This document shows positions 13,316 through 25,881 of a DNA stretch of 64,000 bases, one piece after another (within the stretch, counting starts at the first letter, position 1; each line of letters begins with the position of its first letter). The translations under genes were made by a program, and so were the position numbers. A model generated the notes under the pieces. It searched no databases. It saw only the letters and a program-made list of their open reading frames with translations, and had not been told where the DNA came from. Source of the DNA: Octopus bimaculoides (taxonomy: Eukaryota); NCBI RefSeq assembly GCF_001194135.2, contig NC_068991.1:65221240-65285239 (forward strand). The letters are read 5' to 3'.

Positions 13316-14433
13316 TGATTGATAAGGTGGTGTACAGGTAATGTGTTAAGGCATAAGATTCTTTAAATATATATATCCAAACTTTTGTTTGTTTTATTAT
13401 AAAAAGTATACTGCAAAATCAAATTTTAGTAAAAACACTCGCTTTTCTTTTACTTGAATATGCAAAGTCCATAGTTCTGGGGAGACAGAAGAGTTACATA
13501 AGATCAGAATTCTTTAAATGAATTATAACTAAAGAATGAAATAATAGTGATGGATATTGAACAAAAAAATTGGTATAGGGCTTCAAGAGTGACTATAAAT
13601 AAGAGAAGGCAAGAAGTTCTGAGATGGGCTACTATATTTAAGTGAAGGTTGCACAAAGTAGGTATGTGTTGAAAAACAAAGAGGTTGTAGTAAAAAGAAG
13701 ACAACAGATAAAAAGAAAACCACGATGGAACATGAGAGACACTTTATGACACAAGTTTTGTCTACTAATAAGAAGCAAAACAACAAAGTCAGGAATGGCA
13801 AACATGGGGGTGTGAAAATGAGAATTGTGTCACAGTAGGATAAAGTTTCAATTATAGACAAAGAACTACAGCAGAAACATCAAAACAAAAGGGGCAAGGC
13901 ATATAGTGATTAGACTCCAATTAAAAGACATAGTACCAAGTTCAACTCAATTTAGTAACCGTTTCTGAAAATGAATTTAAACTAACCATTATTGAAAATA
14001 AATTCAAATTCATTCATTCATTTAACACTTTTATTTTTCATGCTTGCATGGGTTGCACAAATGCACTGAGGCATTTTTTTTTCCAGTTGGATGACCTTAC
14101 CTGTTTGTCAAGTAAAAGATCACTTCTCTGCTCAAAGCTTCAGCACTTTGGACATGTGGATAGAATGCTACAGTAAAGGAAAATACCGAAGCTTTTTGTT
14201 TTTTTCATTTCATCATTTAACGCCTACTTTTCCATGCTTGCTTGGATCAGACAGAAATTGAGGAGGCAGATTTTCTACAGCCAGATGCCCTTTCTGTTAC
14301 CAGCCCTCACCTGTTTCCAAGCAAGGTAATATTTTCCCATGGTTAGACAGGTTTTCTACAGAAGACTAGAAATGAACATCATTTGTATGATGGCGATGCT
14401 TTACAACCATCACATGATAGTCAAGGTAAGGGT

Positions 14434-14477
<44 letters not shown>

Positions 14478-14615
14478 TTTCTTTCAACAAAATCCACTCA
14501 CAAGGCTCTGGTCAGCCCAAGGCTATAGTAGGAACACTTGTCCAAGTGGGACCAAACCTGAGACCACATAGTCAGAAAGCAAGCTTCTCAACCACACAGC
14601 CATGTGTGTGCCTAC

Positions 14616-15069
14616 CAGTGGCATAGCTAGGGTAAACTGCACCCAGGGCAAGCCACAAAAATGCACCACACCCCTCCCCATCCCAACCAATTACAAAATC
14701 CACAATATTACACAGTACTTATTTGTTACAAGTAATTAATGATTTAAAGCAATATTTTGGGAATAAATACTTTACCAGGGTTCATATACCTGCCGGTTCC
14801 GTACAGCCTGTAATTCAAAATATATTTTTTTGAATGCTTACTTTTACAAAGCCTTTTTTGACGCCCTTTGTAAAAATGTCCAGACATGAATGTGGAGAGC
14901 CATCATATTGCATTTACCTTCAATAACATAAAATGATATGCTGGAGATCCATCTTTACAACTGCAATTTTATAAATGGAGTTCAAGCTTACTGTTTTATG
15001 GTCAAATCTGTGCTCCCCTTCAATCAGCGCCCAGGGCATGTACCCCCCCCCCTACTAGTCACGCTATTT
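14616..15069. mobile_element. hAT-type MITE
   Basis: TIR CAGTGGCATAGCTAG / degenerate CTAGTCACGCTATTT; 8-bp TSD GTGCCTAC / TTGCCTAC (7/8). Confidence 0.65.
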
Positions 15070-16396
15070 TTGCCTACATTATAAGTGGAAAATACAATGA
15101 AAAATACAAGTGAAAGAAAGTTAATGGATGGTTTGATATACAAGCTCAGAATCCAGATGACAGAATATAAGACAACTTTTAAATTCGATTTTAAATTCAT
15201 TTAAACAAGCTCAAACCAGACTAGAAAACCTGTCCTTACATGAGTCATTGACAGCAATCAATAAATTTGAAATCTAAAGAAGGATTAGATTAACTAACCA
15301 GTCAGATATGCTCATCAACAATCCTTTAATACCTGCAGCCTCAACCACTTCCATGAGAAGATAGACCTTGTCTTTTTTCATCCTGTTTTTAACCAAATCT
15401 GGCAGATCCAAATCCCCAACAACAACATTCAATGCTTTATTCCAAGCACAAGTTTTTATTCTGTATTCTGTCAAGTTTTTTCCAGCCTTTCCCAACCATG
15501 GAAAAAAAAGATGGAAAATAAATCTGAAAATTATATTTAATACTTCTAAAAACCAATTCTTAAGGACTTTTACTTTAGCTGTTGTTGTTTAGCCACTGAA
15601 TCAGTCACACAGCCTCACCCATGATCAAGTAGGCCTACAAAAATCTTTAATCAAAAGGGTTTAGCTGTAACCATCCTATTTTTCAGGCAATCTTCCTTAT
15701 CATTTTCGGTGTGCATTACAAGCTTGCATGGGTCAGACGGAATTCGCTGAGGCAAATTTTCTATGGCTGGATGTCCTCCCATTGCCACAGTCACCTGTTT
15801 CCAAGCAGAGTCATAGCTCCCTCATAGCTGGACATGCTTTTCACAGAAGACTGGAAACAAACATCATTTCTATGACAGTGATGCTCATACAATGGACTTG
15901 TTTCAGTCTATGTCTACTAAATCCACTCACAAGGCTTTGGTTGGCCTGGAGCTATAATAGGAGACACATGTCCAAGGTGCCAAGTAATGAAACTGAACCT
16001 GAAACCATATGGCTGGAAAGCAAGCTTCTAAACCACAGAGACATACCTGTGCCTACCATGCCAGCAACTATGAGATTGTTTCCCAAATTGAAAAATGTAT
16101 CTTAGATTACAATATTCAGTGTTAATTTCATTTGATTTCAAACGGTAGGAGATGATTATAGAAGGATATGGCTCTAATTGTCCTGTCATTATGTGATGGG
16201 TGTAAATAAGCATCACTGTCACTCATTTCCAATATGTTGTGTGAAAACAGGTCTGACCATGGTGAAATATAACCTTGTTTGGAAATATGTGAGGGTTGGC
16301 AACACTAAGTGCATCCAACCAAAGAAAACATTCCTCAATAAACTCCTAACCCGTGAAAGCATGAAAGAACAGACATTAAAATGAATGAATGAATGT

Positions 16397-16539
16397 ATAC
16401 ATGCATGCAGGTATGTATGTATGTATGTATGTATGTATGTATGTATGTATGTATGTATGTATGTATGTAGGTATGTATGTAGGTATGTATGTAGGTATGT
16501 ATGTAGGTATGTATGTATGTATGTAGGTATGTATGTATC
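16397..16539. repeat. (TATG)n/(TAGG) tetranucleotide microsatellite at a gap edge
   Basis: Directly visible. Confidence 0.95.
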
Positions 16540-17184
16540 NNNNNNNNNNNNNNNNNNNNNNNNNNNNNNNNNNNNNNNNNNNNNNNNNNNNNNNNNNNNN
16601 NNNNNNNNNNNNNNNNNNNNNNNNNNNNNNNNNNNNNNNNNNNNNNNNNNNNNNNNNNNNNNNNNNNNNNNNNNNNNNNNNNNNNNNNNNNNNNNNNNNN
16701 NNNNNNNNNNNNNNNNNNNNNNNNNNNNNNNNNNNNNNNNNNNNNNNNNNNNNNNNNNNNNNNNNNNNNNNNNNNNNNNNNNNNNNNNNNNNNNNNNNNN
16801 NNNNNNNNNNNNNNNNNNNNNNNNNNNNNNNNNNNNNNNNNNNNNNNNNNNNNNNNNNNNNNNNNNNNNNNNNNNNNNNNNNNNNNNNNNNNNNNNNNNN
16901 NNNNNNNNNNNNNNNNNNNNNNNNNNNNNNNNNNNNNNNNNNNNNNNNNNNNNNNNNNNNNNNNNNNNNNNNNNNNNNNNNNNNNNNNNNNNNNNNNNNN
17001 NNNNNNNNNNNNNNNNNNNNNNNNNNNNNNNNNNNNNNNNNNNNNNNNNNNNNNNNNNNNNNNNNNNNNNNNNNNNNNNNNNNNNNNNNNNNNNNNNNNN
17101 NNNNNNNNNNNNNNNNNNNNNNNNNNNNNNNNNNNNNNNNNNNNNNNNNNNNNNNNNNNNNNNNNNNNNNNNNNNNNNNNNNNN

Positions 17185-17305
17185 TGAAAAAGTTGATGAG
17201 GGTTTGGCCAAAGAGGGAAGTGTCTGGCTTTAGCCCTTTCAATCGAGTCCACCTTACTACTTCTTTTGCTACAGCCACCAGACAAATGGAAATTGTCTTT
17301 CCCTT
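17185..17305 (-). mobile_element. Possible Tx1/L1-like LINE C-terminal fragment running into an N-gap
   Basis: GKTISICLVAVAKEVVRWTRLKGLK....GQTLINFF recalls repetitive Octopus LINE-derived peptides (from memory, unverified). Confidence 0.45.
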
Positions 17306-17353
17306 TATTCCTTTACTCTTTTCTTGCCTTTGGCTTTGTTTTTGCATATCCAT

Positions 17354-17393
<40 letters not shown>

Positions 17394-18098
17394 ACATATA
17401 CACACACACACACACTTCCTACGTTTTAGTCACACATTCTCATATGCATAACTAGTGACAGAAAAAAATATTCAATCATTGTAGAGCTCATTCATCAGAA
17501 GGTGATGAGTCATTCCATTGCGACATCACTTCAGAATGAATATATAAATAAACGTGTGTGTGCATGTATGTAGTTCTGTTTTGTTTGTTTTTTTCTCATA
17601 AGATGGAGAAGTTGAAAACCTAGTTATTATGCATATTGAGCTAAAATACTAGTAAGTTGCATAATTCTGCCAAATAGCCAACCAGCCAGCTGGACTCTGT
17701 TCATCCATACCCTTTCGGAATTTCTTCTCTGCTAAAAAACAGTGATGTTTTATGACATCTCAATCTGTAAGAAAAGAACTAATGTATTTATAGAGCATGT
17801 TCTGCCAGCAGGCAAACACGTGGGCTGGGCCAATGACAATAATAATAACTGGTGGTGTTTCATGAGACAGAAAAAAATCCGTTATGAGGAAACAGTTATA
17901 AAATATTTGCAGTGCATTGAAACATCTTCAATCTCCAAACAGAAGTTAAAACAAATGGGTCAAACAAATTTCAAATGAAGTCATCCTCCTACATCACTGA
18001 AATAGGGTAGAAGTGGAAATATATTACATCAACTGTTACTGAACACTCAGTTATAAAGGGGGGGGGGTTGCTGAATCCTGGGGCAACTCTGGGTAGAC

Positions 18099-18362
18099 CA
18101 GTGATTCTCAACTGGGATCCATATCGGCCTTAGGAGCCCACATAAGATTTTGTTGTTAAAATTCATCTACAATAAACTAGTTACTTCTTCAATACACAAA
18201 ATGTTTTAATTTGTTTTTATACAATTCCTAATGATATTTAATTATAAAAATACAATAGGATTTTTTACACATCAAATGGCTATGAGGATCCACCTGAGTG
18301 AAACAGGAATCAAAGGAATCAACTATATTTTACCATAAGTAAAATATGGTCGAGAACCTCTG
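18099..18362. mobile_element. hAT-Charlie-like MITE
   Basis: TIR CAGTGATTCTCAAC / GTCGAGAACCTCTG; TSD GGGTAGAC / GGGCAGAC (7/8). Confidence 0.7.
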
Positions 18363-18656
18363 GGGCAGACCTATGAATAAGGAGACTAGTTGTTACCATC
18401 CTCTCCTTAGATATTGCATATCTAGGACTACATTATTCCATATGTCCCACTCTGTTCATGTACATGGAGTGTAATTTTAAAGTGATTTGGCTACTATTTC
18501 TAGAAAGTGGAGCAAGTTTGTAGAACAGTGGCTCTCAACCTTTTTAATATCCAGGCTAGATCCAAAAACCAGGTTTCTTTTTTTTATTTTTTTTTTGGGG
18601 GGGGGGGTCACACCAAAAAAAGTATAAAAAAGAAAAGTCAATTAAAGAAAAATTTA

Positions 18657-18995
18657 TTCTCTTTTACTAGTTTCAGTCATTTGACTACAGCCATGCTGGA
18701 GCACCGCCTTTAGTCAAGCAAATCAAGCCCAGGACTTATTCTTTGTAAGCCTAGTACTTATTCACACCGCCATCGGTTGTCAAGCGATGGTGGGGGGGAC
18801 AAACACAGACACACCAACATATATATACACATATATACGACGGGCTTCTTTCAGTTTCCGTCTACCAAATCCACTCACAAGGCTTTGGTCAGCCCGAGGC
18901 TATAGTAGAAGACACTTGCCCAAGGTACCACGCAGTGGGACTGAACCCGGAACCATGCGGTTGAGAAGCAAGCTACTTACCACACAGCCACTCCT
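18657..18995 (-). mobile_element. SINE family A, near full length
   Basis: A-box TGGCTGTGTGGTAAG and B-box GGTTCAGTCCC on the minus strand; both halves present, with an internal deletion. Confidence 0.9.
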
Positions 18996-19109
18996 TCACC
19001 TAGACTGTTGGGAGCTGTCAGAAGGATGCCTGAAAGACACATTCAGCCCTGAGAGCTGCTACTGAGAACCACCGATGTAGAGTCTTCCTTGTTCCCTCAT
19101 GCTCTAATG

Positions 19110-19455
19110 CATTTGTTGTCATTGTTTAGACCCTGATCAGTCTTGATTGAGTATATGACAAGAGCTATTTCATCTCTAACCATCCCATTGTTTTTGGGGT
19201 ATGCAGGACTTATCTAATGTAGCCTTTACTTACTAAAGACGGTAAAATGAGGGAGATTTGGCTGCTATCCTCATTGTAGCACTGAATGTTAACATTACTA
19301 AGCCCCAAGTCAGCTCTGATCAAGCCGACCCAGTCAAAGGTACTCCCCTCCAAGTATGCCTAACCTGTCCTCTTGCATACCAGGAACTACATATTCAGCA
19401 TGTCCTTTTTAAGATGGTAAGTTATAATTTGGGGGAATTTAGCTGCTATTTCTAG
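19110..19455 (+). repeat. Dispersed ~190-bp family X, here as two tandem units
   Basis: Recurrent motif gagggagatttggctgttatttctagc (reverse gctagaaataacagccaaatctccctc) at ~5550, 8440, 18480, 19250, 19435, 26600, 27810, 30255, 35400 and 39755. Class unknown. Confidence 0.55.
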
Positions 19456-19723
19456 CCGTTCATTACTGGCTCATGTGGTACAGCGCTATATTGTTATGTG
19501 GTGTAGGTTTGTTTATAGAATAGGGCTGGTTAGTCTACTTGCAGACAGATGTTTATCTTGTGACATTTAGTGACACATTTATGAGAGAGAGAACCAATAT
19601 TTTGCCGAACATTCATACATTCATTCGTCAACGTTGTTACTAACCTTGTCAACACTTTAATATAACCAGCTCAGTTAATAGTTCTTACATTTCCTAAATC
19701 TCAAACATCTTTTAAGGACAAGT

Positions 19724-20253
19724 GGATCTTTTTTAAAACGGGGGCCACATTTTTCATTAATGTTTTACGTAGTGTTTTTGGTAACGAAAGACTTTCAAAC
19801 TTCGTATAGTTATCTATTTTGTGTTATAGAACAGAAAAATATTTTTGTATTCGAATTTATTTCATGTAGAAAATTGTCTTATTTCGATAATTTCAACCAA
19901 TCACTGACGTCCATTCAGCCGATATATTGCTTTTTTCATTTTAAATTTGCTTTAACCCTAACCCTAACTCTAACCCTAACCCTAGGGTTAGAGTTAGGGT
20001 TAGGGTTAGGGTTAATTGTTTCAGAATCGTTTGTTTATGTAGTCGGCGCTTAATGTATATCGGCTGAATGGACGTCAGTGATTGGTTGAAATTACAGAAA
20101 TACGACAACTTTAACATGGAATAATTTATGGATTTCTTTTTTTTTTAAGAAGACTAAGAGAAAAAGATGTTTTATATGACACATTCTACCAGTGTTCCAA
20201 GTTTCAAAGTGTTTCGTTAATGAAAAATGTGGCCCCCGTTTTAAAAAAGATCC
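19724..20253. mobile_element. Merlin-like non-autonomous DNA transposon with internal telomeric palindrome
   Basis: Perfect 37-bp TIRs (GGATCTTTTTTAAAACGGGGGCCACATTTTTCATTAA) and perfect 8-bp TSD GGACAAGT (19716-19723 / 20254-20261). GG termini with an 8-bp TSD fit Merlin/IS1016. Also carries a 38-bp internal IR and (CCCTAA)n(TTAGGG)n at 19952-20014. Confidence 0.85.
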
Positions 20254-20804
20254 GGACAAGTTCTTAGTTTTAATTACAAATGATAAATAAATGCCAGCAA
20301 AATTACACATAGGGCTTCCATCAGTCAGTGGTCATCATGCATTGATAGGTTTCTAAGCAGCCTTAGGAAAATATTTTGGTCTTTTACTTGCTTCAGTCAC
20401 TGGACTGCAGCCACACGGGAGCACCACCTTGAAGGGTTTAGTAGAACAAATCAACCCTAGTACTTATTTCTGGAGTCTATTACCTATTCCGTTGGTCTCT
20501 TTTGCCAAACCACTAAGTTATGGGGATGTAAATTAACCAACACTAGTTGTCAAGCAGTGGTGAGGGACAAACACAAGAACACACACACACAGATATAACA
20601 ATATATACCAAATGGGCTTCCACAGTTTCTCTCTACCAAATTCACTCAAGACACTTGCCAATGGTGCCATGAAGTGAGACTGAACTTGAAACATCGTGGT
20701 TGCAAAGAGAGCTCCCTGACCACACAGCCACACCTACACCTAAAAATAATGCATTCCCTGGCCAGGAATCAAGCCTGGATTTGAAAAGTAAACATTCTGA
20801 AGGA

Positions 20805-21032
20805 TTAACCCTTTAACATTTAAACTAGCCATATCAGCCTAAATGTGCTACCTGTTTTATGTTGAAACTGGCCAGACCTAGACACTCACACCTACCCTAC
20901 AAAGTCATTTTAAAAATAAACAATCACGTCTTCAAAATCTTGAAGCTACAAGATACTACATGGTTAATTTTTAAAAATTTGGATAAATAAGCATTACATT
21001 TGATAAATTAATCTGAATACTTAGGACTTTAA
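20805..21032. mobile_element. piggyBac-like MITE (TTAA-CCCTTTA...)
   Basis: Starts TTAACCCTTTAACATT and ends in degenerate GAATACTTAGGACTTTAA; same family as 23857-24281. Confidence 0.65.
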
Positions 21033-21619
21033 ACATTATCTTACTTTTTTACAGGAAACCTCTATATTACCATTCAACCAGCTAGAGATAGTAAACAAAT
21101 CTCTTAAATCACAATCCATCGACTTTAAAAAAAAAAAGTACATTAGATGAAATCGTCTTAGATACACTATGATTGAAAAAAAATTGATAGGATGAGATGA
21201 TCAGGGTTGGAAATTCTTTGAACATAGGTGTGCTTGATAAGGCTTACTGGGGTTAAATAACAGCAGTGTACAACCAGTAGTTTTATGTGGAAAGAAAGAG
21301 GGATAACTCCCAACTTGACACAATAAAAAATAGAGAAGCTCTTTCACAAATGCTGATCATGTGGGGGGAGGTATATGAACCATGGGAGCATTAATAATTC
21401 AAACTTGAAATGATTATAGAAAAAAAGAGATGCCCTCACATTTGCTAATCAATTGGTTTTTATCAAAGACACAAGATCCCTCATCACTGATAACAAACTG
21501 ACTTTATGAAAAAGGACAAGATGGAATATCTTTAGTTTCAAACCTATTGATACCAATTAAATACTAAAATCTCTGGAATATCAGAGAACAAAAATCAAAA
21601 CATACTAAAATATCATTAT

Positions 21620-21878
21620 TTCTTTCTTCTTCTTGCCTTTAACCCTCCAACGTGGAGTATAGGCCACTTATAATTGAATTCCATGTCGCATAATTTCTCG
21701 CTTCTGTACTTATACTCTGCCATGAATGTCCCTCTTTCTCTAGTTCCTTTTGTGTTGATCTACGCCACGAGTTCTTAGGCCTACCCCTCTTTCTGTATCC
21801 ATCCGGATTCCACTGTAAAGCACTTTTCGTTACATTTGGTGTGTCCTTTCTAATCGTGCTACCAATCCACTTCCACTT
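21620..21878 (-). mobile_element. 5'-truncated RTE-clade LINE 3' end
   Basis: KWKWIGSTIRKDTPNVTKSALQWNPDGYRKRGRPKNSWRRSTQKEL...ARNYATWNSIISGLYS* matches the RTE ORF2 C-terminus (WIGH.LRK...AL.WNP.G.R.RGRPK..W); (AAG)n tail. Confidence 0.85.
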
Positions 21879-22942
21879 AAAATCAGATGAACCAAACACA
21901 TAAGCAATATGGAGCTATGGCAAAGAACGAATCAAGTTTCGATTAGGGAGCACATATTTAAGAAAACTATCGTTATACTGCAAATAATTTCATAAATGCA
22001 CAGCCAATAAAGAAGTCACTACACTAACTCTCAACCTGCTAAAAGATATCAACAAAATTTTTCTCAAATCATAAACTTCTAATTTGACCAAAAAAAAAAA
22101 ATGAAATACAGGGAGGTGGGTACAGGCATAGCTGGGTAGTAAGAAGTTCACTTCCCAACCACATGGTTCTGGATTCAGTCCCACAGTGTGGCAACTTGGG
22201 CAAGTGTCTTCTATCATAGTCCAGGGCCAACTTAAGCTTTGTGAGTGAATTTGGTAGAGAGAAAATGAAAAAAGTTTGTGTGTGTATACTACCATTTGAC
22301 AACTAGTGTTGGTTTGATTACATCCCCATAACTGAACAGTTCAGCTGAAGAGACCGATATATTAAGTAACAGACTTAAAGAATAAATAGATACTGGGGTT
22401 AATTTGTTTGGGTAAAACCCTTCAAGGTAGTGCCCCAACATGGCCACAGTCCAATGACTGCAATAAGTAAAAGAAAGTAAAAGAGAAGACGCATTTCTGT
22501 ACAAGTTTGTGCATCAGACTGACAGTAATGAGAACATTCCACTTCTATCATTCATAGGATGAGACCCAATTTAGTTTATAGCATCTCCATTTTTAGAGAA
22601 AGGGATTTTGTGGGTTACATTTACCCCCCTTCCCTCTTCACAAAACAAAGCCATGTAATGTACATATGGTTTTATTATCTTGTAAGTAATTTTTAAGTAT
22701 TTAGTGTATGTGCAAGCATGGAGACACAAACAAGCGGGGATGAGGGTAGCGGAGGTGAGGAGATGGCGATAAAAACTATAAAAGATAGTGAAGGGAAACA
22801 ATAGAATCGTAAGGAAAGTAATGATGGTTTGTGCAGATATGTAGAAGCAAACAGTTGATAAAATTCATAAAAATAAGACAAACTAAAATGCTGTGAAGAA
22901 AAGCATGTTCTGAATCATTTTGTGAATTGTATATAAATATAC

Positions 22943-23119
22943 AGGAGTGGCTGTGTGGCAAGTAGCTTGCTTACCAACCACATGGTTCCGGGTTCAGTCC
23001 CACTGCGTGGCACCTTGGGCAAGTGTCTTCTACTATAGCCTTGGGCCAGCCAAAACCTTGTGAGTGGATTTGGTAGACGGAAACTGAAAGAAGCCTCTGT
23101 GTGCGTGTGCGTGTGCGTG

Positions 23120-23167
<48 letters not shown>

Positions 23168-23368
23168 TGTGTGTGTGTGTCTCCACCCATCATCGTTTGA
23201 CAGCTGATGTTGGTGTGTTTACGTACTCGAAACTTAGCGGTTCGGCAAAAGAGACTGTTAGAATAAGTGCTAGGCTTACAAAGAATAGGTCCTGGGGTCT
23301 ATTTGTTCAACTAAAGGCGGTGCTCCAGCATGGCCGCAGCCAAGACGACTGAAACAAATAAAAGAATA
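22943..23368 (+). mobile_element. SINE family A, full length, with (GTGC)n spacer
   Basis: AGGAGTGGCTGTGTGG...GGTTCAGTCCC head and conserved 3' half. Older copies at ~10746-11040(+), 11050-11200(+), 14475-14610(-), 15895-16055(-), 20379-20737(-), 22121-22486(+), 27170-27410(+), 34862-35122(+, 3' half), 51526-51880(+), 57311-57540(+), 58168-58488(-). Confidence 0.9.
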
Positions 23369-23856
23369 CAATTCTGTTGCAGAGCTCAGTTATTCAATTG
23401 TTGAAATAATCTAGCACTGAGTTACTTTTTCTTTGTTAATTGGGTTCTAATAGAAAATATCAACATACTAAAATTAAGTGAAGGCACATGACCTTGTGGT
23501 TAAGGTGTTGCACTCGCAACCACAAGAACATGGTTTCAATTCCAGGAACAAGCAGTGCAGTGTGTTCTTGAGCAAAATACCTCATTTCACTTGGCTCCAG
23601 CCCACTCAGCTGTAAATGAGTAATGCTGCAACAGACCAGCATCCCATCAGGGGCAAAATTGTGATCTCGGTTACTTATTTGCCAAGGAACCCAAGCGACT
23701 GGCCTTATGAGTCCGAAGACCCAAAACAGTAATGGCCAGGGTTTGATGATGGTAATACCAAAAGCAAGATATCATCAGATGGACAAATAATCAATGCAGC
23801 CTCTTGATAGTCACATAAGATTTCACTCTACTACATACAACATAACCACTAGTGTT

Positions 23857-24281
23857 GTAACTCTTTAGCATTCAGATTTCTTTGTCAAATGTAATGCTTA
23901 TTCATTCATATTGATTTGAATTAGCCATACATTACCTTTGTAGCTTTGAGATTTCAATTACATAATTGTTTATTTTTAGAACAATATTGTAGAGTAGGCC
24001 AGAGCTGGCCAGTCTGAAGATAAAAACAGATATAAATATTTTGGCCAGATATGGTTGTTTTAACCTTTTAAAATTCAAACAGGCTATATCCAGCCAAAAT
24101 ATTCTACCAGTTTTATGTCCAAACTAGCCAGATCTGGCCTCTTACACATACCCTACAATGTCATTCTGAAAATAAACAACCCCATCATAATCTTGAAACT
24201 ATGAGATAATACATGATTAATTAAAATAATGTGAATAAATAAACATTACTGAATGCTTAAGGGTTAAATTCTAAAGGTTAA
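23857..24281. mobile_element. Two nested piggyBac-like MITE copies (inner copy antisense, inserted at an internal TTAA)
   Basis: Outer copy is 23861-24059 plus the remnant ATTCTAAAGGTTAA at 24268-24281. Inner copy is 24064-24263, between TTAA at 24060-24063 and TTAA at 24264-24267. Confidence 0.75.
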
Positions 24282-24349
24282 TGGCTATTTTTTTCTGTTA
24301 CAGCAGAGGTTACCTTTGCAGGCTCAATAACAGCCATCTCTATTTTGCC

Positions 24350-24575
24350 CAATCTGCTACATCTTCTCTCACCACACCCCTTTGCTCTCAGTTTCTCTTC
24401 TATCATCTTCAATCATGACTTTTGTCAATCTTCCTCTTTCTCTATTCCTTCTACAGTCATTCCCTCCACTCTTCTCACTCAGGTACTGTCATCCTTCTTC
24501 AGCATATGACCCACCCAGCCTATCCCTTCGTTATATATTCTTTCCATCCTCAGTACATGCTTTATCACTTGTCAT
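24350..24575 (-). mobile_element. Old RTE-type relic
   Basis: RIGWVGHMLKKDD..VRRVEGMTVEG resembles RLRW.GHVLR....VRRV..M.VEG. Confidence 0.45.
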
Positions 24576-25242
24576 CATTTACATTTTTCACTATTACATA
24601 TTTGGAAGTATTTGTAGGAGACCATCATCATCATTTTAACATCCACTTTTCCATGCTTGCTTGACTCAGACAGAATTTGTTGAGGCAGATATTCTACGTA
24701 TGACCAGACATGTGTACACAGAAGACTGTGGAAATGAATGACACCGCTTGTATAATGACGACATTTATAAATGATGACCTCACTAGTGTTGATGCCACAA
24801 AAAAAAAAAAAAAGCACCCAGTACATGCTGTAATGTGGTTGGCATTAGGAAGAGTATCTGACCATAGAAATCAAGCTAAGCAGACACCAGGAGAATGATG
24901 CAGTCCTTGGGACCATTACACACTGTCAAATTGTCCAACCCATGCCGGCATGAAAGATTGATGATAAATGAGGACGATGTGATATCAAAATGAAACATAT
25001 TTATATATATATAAGAACTAAGGGTAAAAACTATTATTAAAAACAGCAATTTATACCAGCATGTGTAAAAAAATGTCCAAGGACTGCAAATTATATTCAA
25101 ATATAAGAGGAAAGCCACTAAGTGGTTTCCTTACATGCTGAAAGTAGATGCCAAATCGTCTAACCATGAAAAATACATTCTCATTTAACAACACATTGGA
25201 TGTACGTATGCAAGACACTATGAAAAGATATAAAAGGACCAA

Positions 25243-25275
<33 letters not shown>

Positions 25276-25635
25276 NNNNNNNNNNNNNNNNNNNNNNNNN
25301 NNNNNNNNNNNNNNNNNNNNNNNNNNNNNNNNNNNNNNNNNNNNNNNNNNNNNNNNNNNNNNNNNNNNNNNNNNNNNNNNNNNNNNNNNNNNNNNNNNNN
25401 NNNNNNNNNNNNNNNNNNNNNNNNNNNNNNNNNNNNNNNNNNNNNNNNNNNNNNNNNNNNNNNNNNNNNNNNNNNNNNNNNNNNNNNNNNNNNNNNNNNN
25501 NNNNNNNNNNNNNNNNNNNNNNNNNNNNNNNNNNNNNNNNNNNNNNNNNNNNNNNNNNNNNNATATATATATATATATAAGAGCAATGTAGTTTGCTTGA
25601 AGGATTGTAATATCAAAGAAGGGAAAAGGGAAATT

Positions 25636-25881
25636 GGAAAAGCTTCTGATAATGTGGAAAGTTTCACAAAACCTTTATATTTCAGACACAAAAGCTCATC
25701 CTGAGAAGAAAAACAGTTTGGGAAATGTCTTGTTATACAGGTTCCATAAACCTATTCAAATTCCTCATCACACTGAATAGGTTAAGGGAACACGTATAAC
25801 TAGACATTTCTCAGACTGTTTCTCTTCTGCACCTAAAATATAAAGGTTTTGTGAAAATTTCTGTATTGTCAGAAGCTTTCC
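25636..25881. repeat. Old ~250-bp foldback element
   Basis: aagcttctga..tttcacaaaacctttatattt..gaaatgtct.gttatac..aacctattca pairs with its reverse complement downstream, with one ~14-bp indel. Confidence 0.75.

Noticed and set aside
13440-13780. Very old RTE-like relic on the plus strand (KIR..., LRWA...)
   Set aside because: Similarity is too fragmentary to support without an alignment.
15274-15495. Coding-looking minus ORF (...WNKALNVVVGDLDLPDLVKNRMKKDK...) with a possible donor CAG|GTATTA
   Set aside because: No ATG or convincing acceptor, no family resemblance, and MAPKBP1 needs no exon here.
19952-20014. Ancient telomere-telomere fusion site
   Set aside because: Polarity is (CCCTAA)n then (TTAGGG)n, opposite to a fusion scar, and it sits inside a TSD-flanked multi-copy element.
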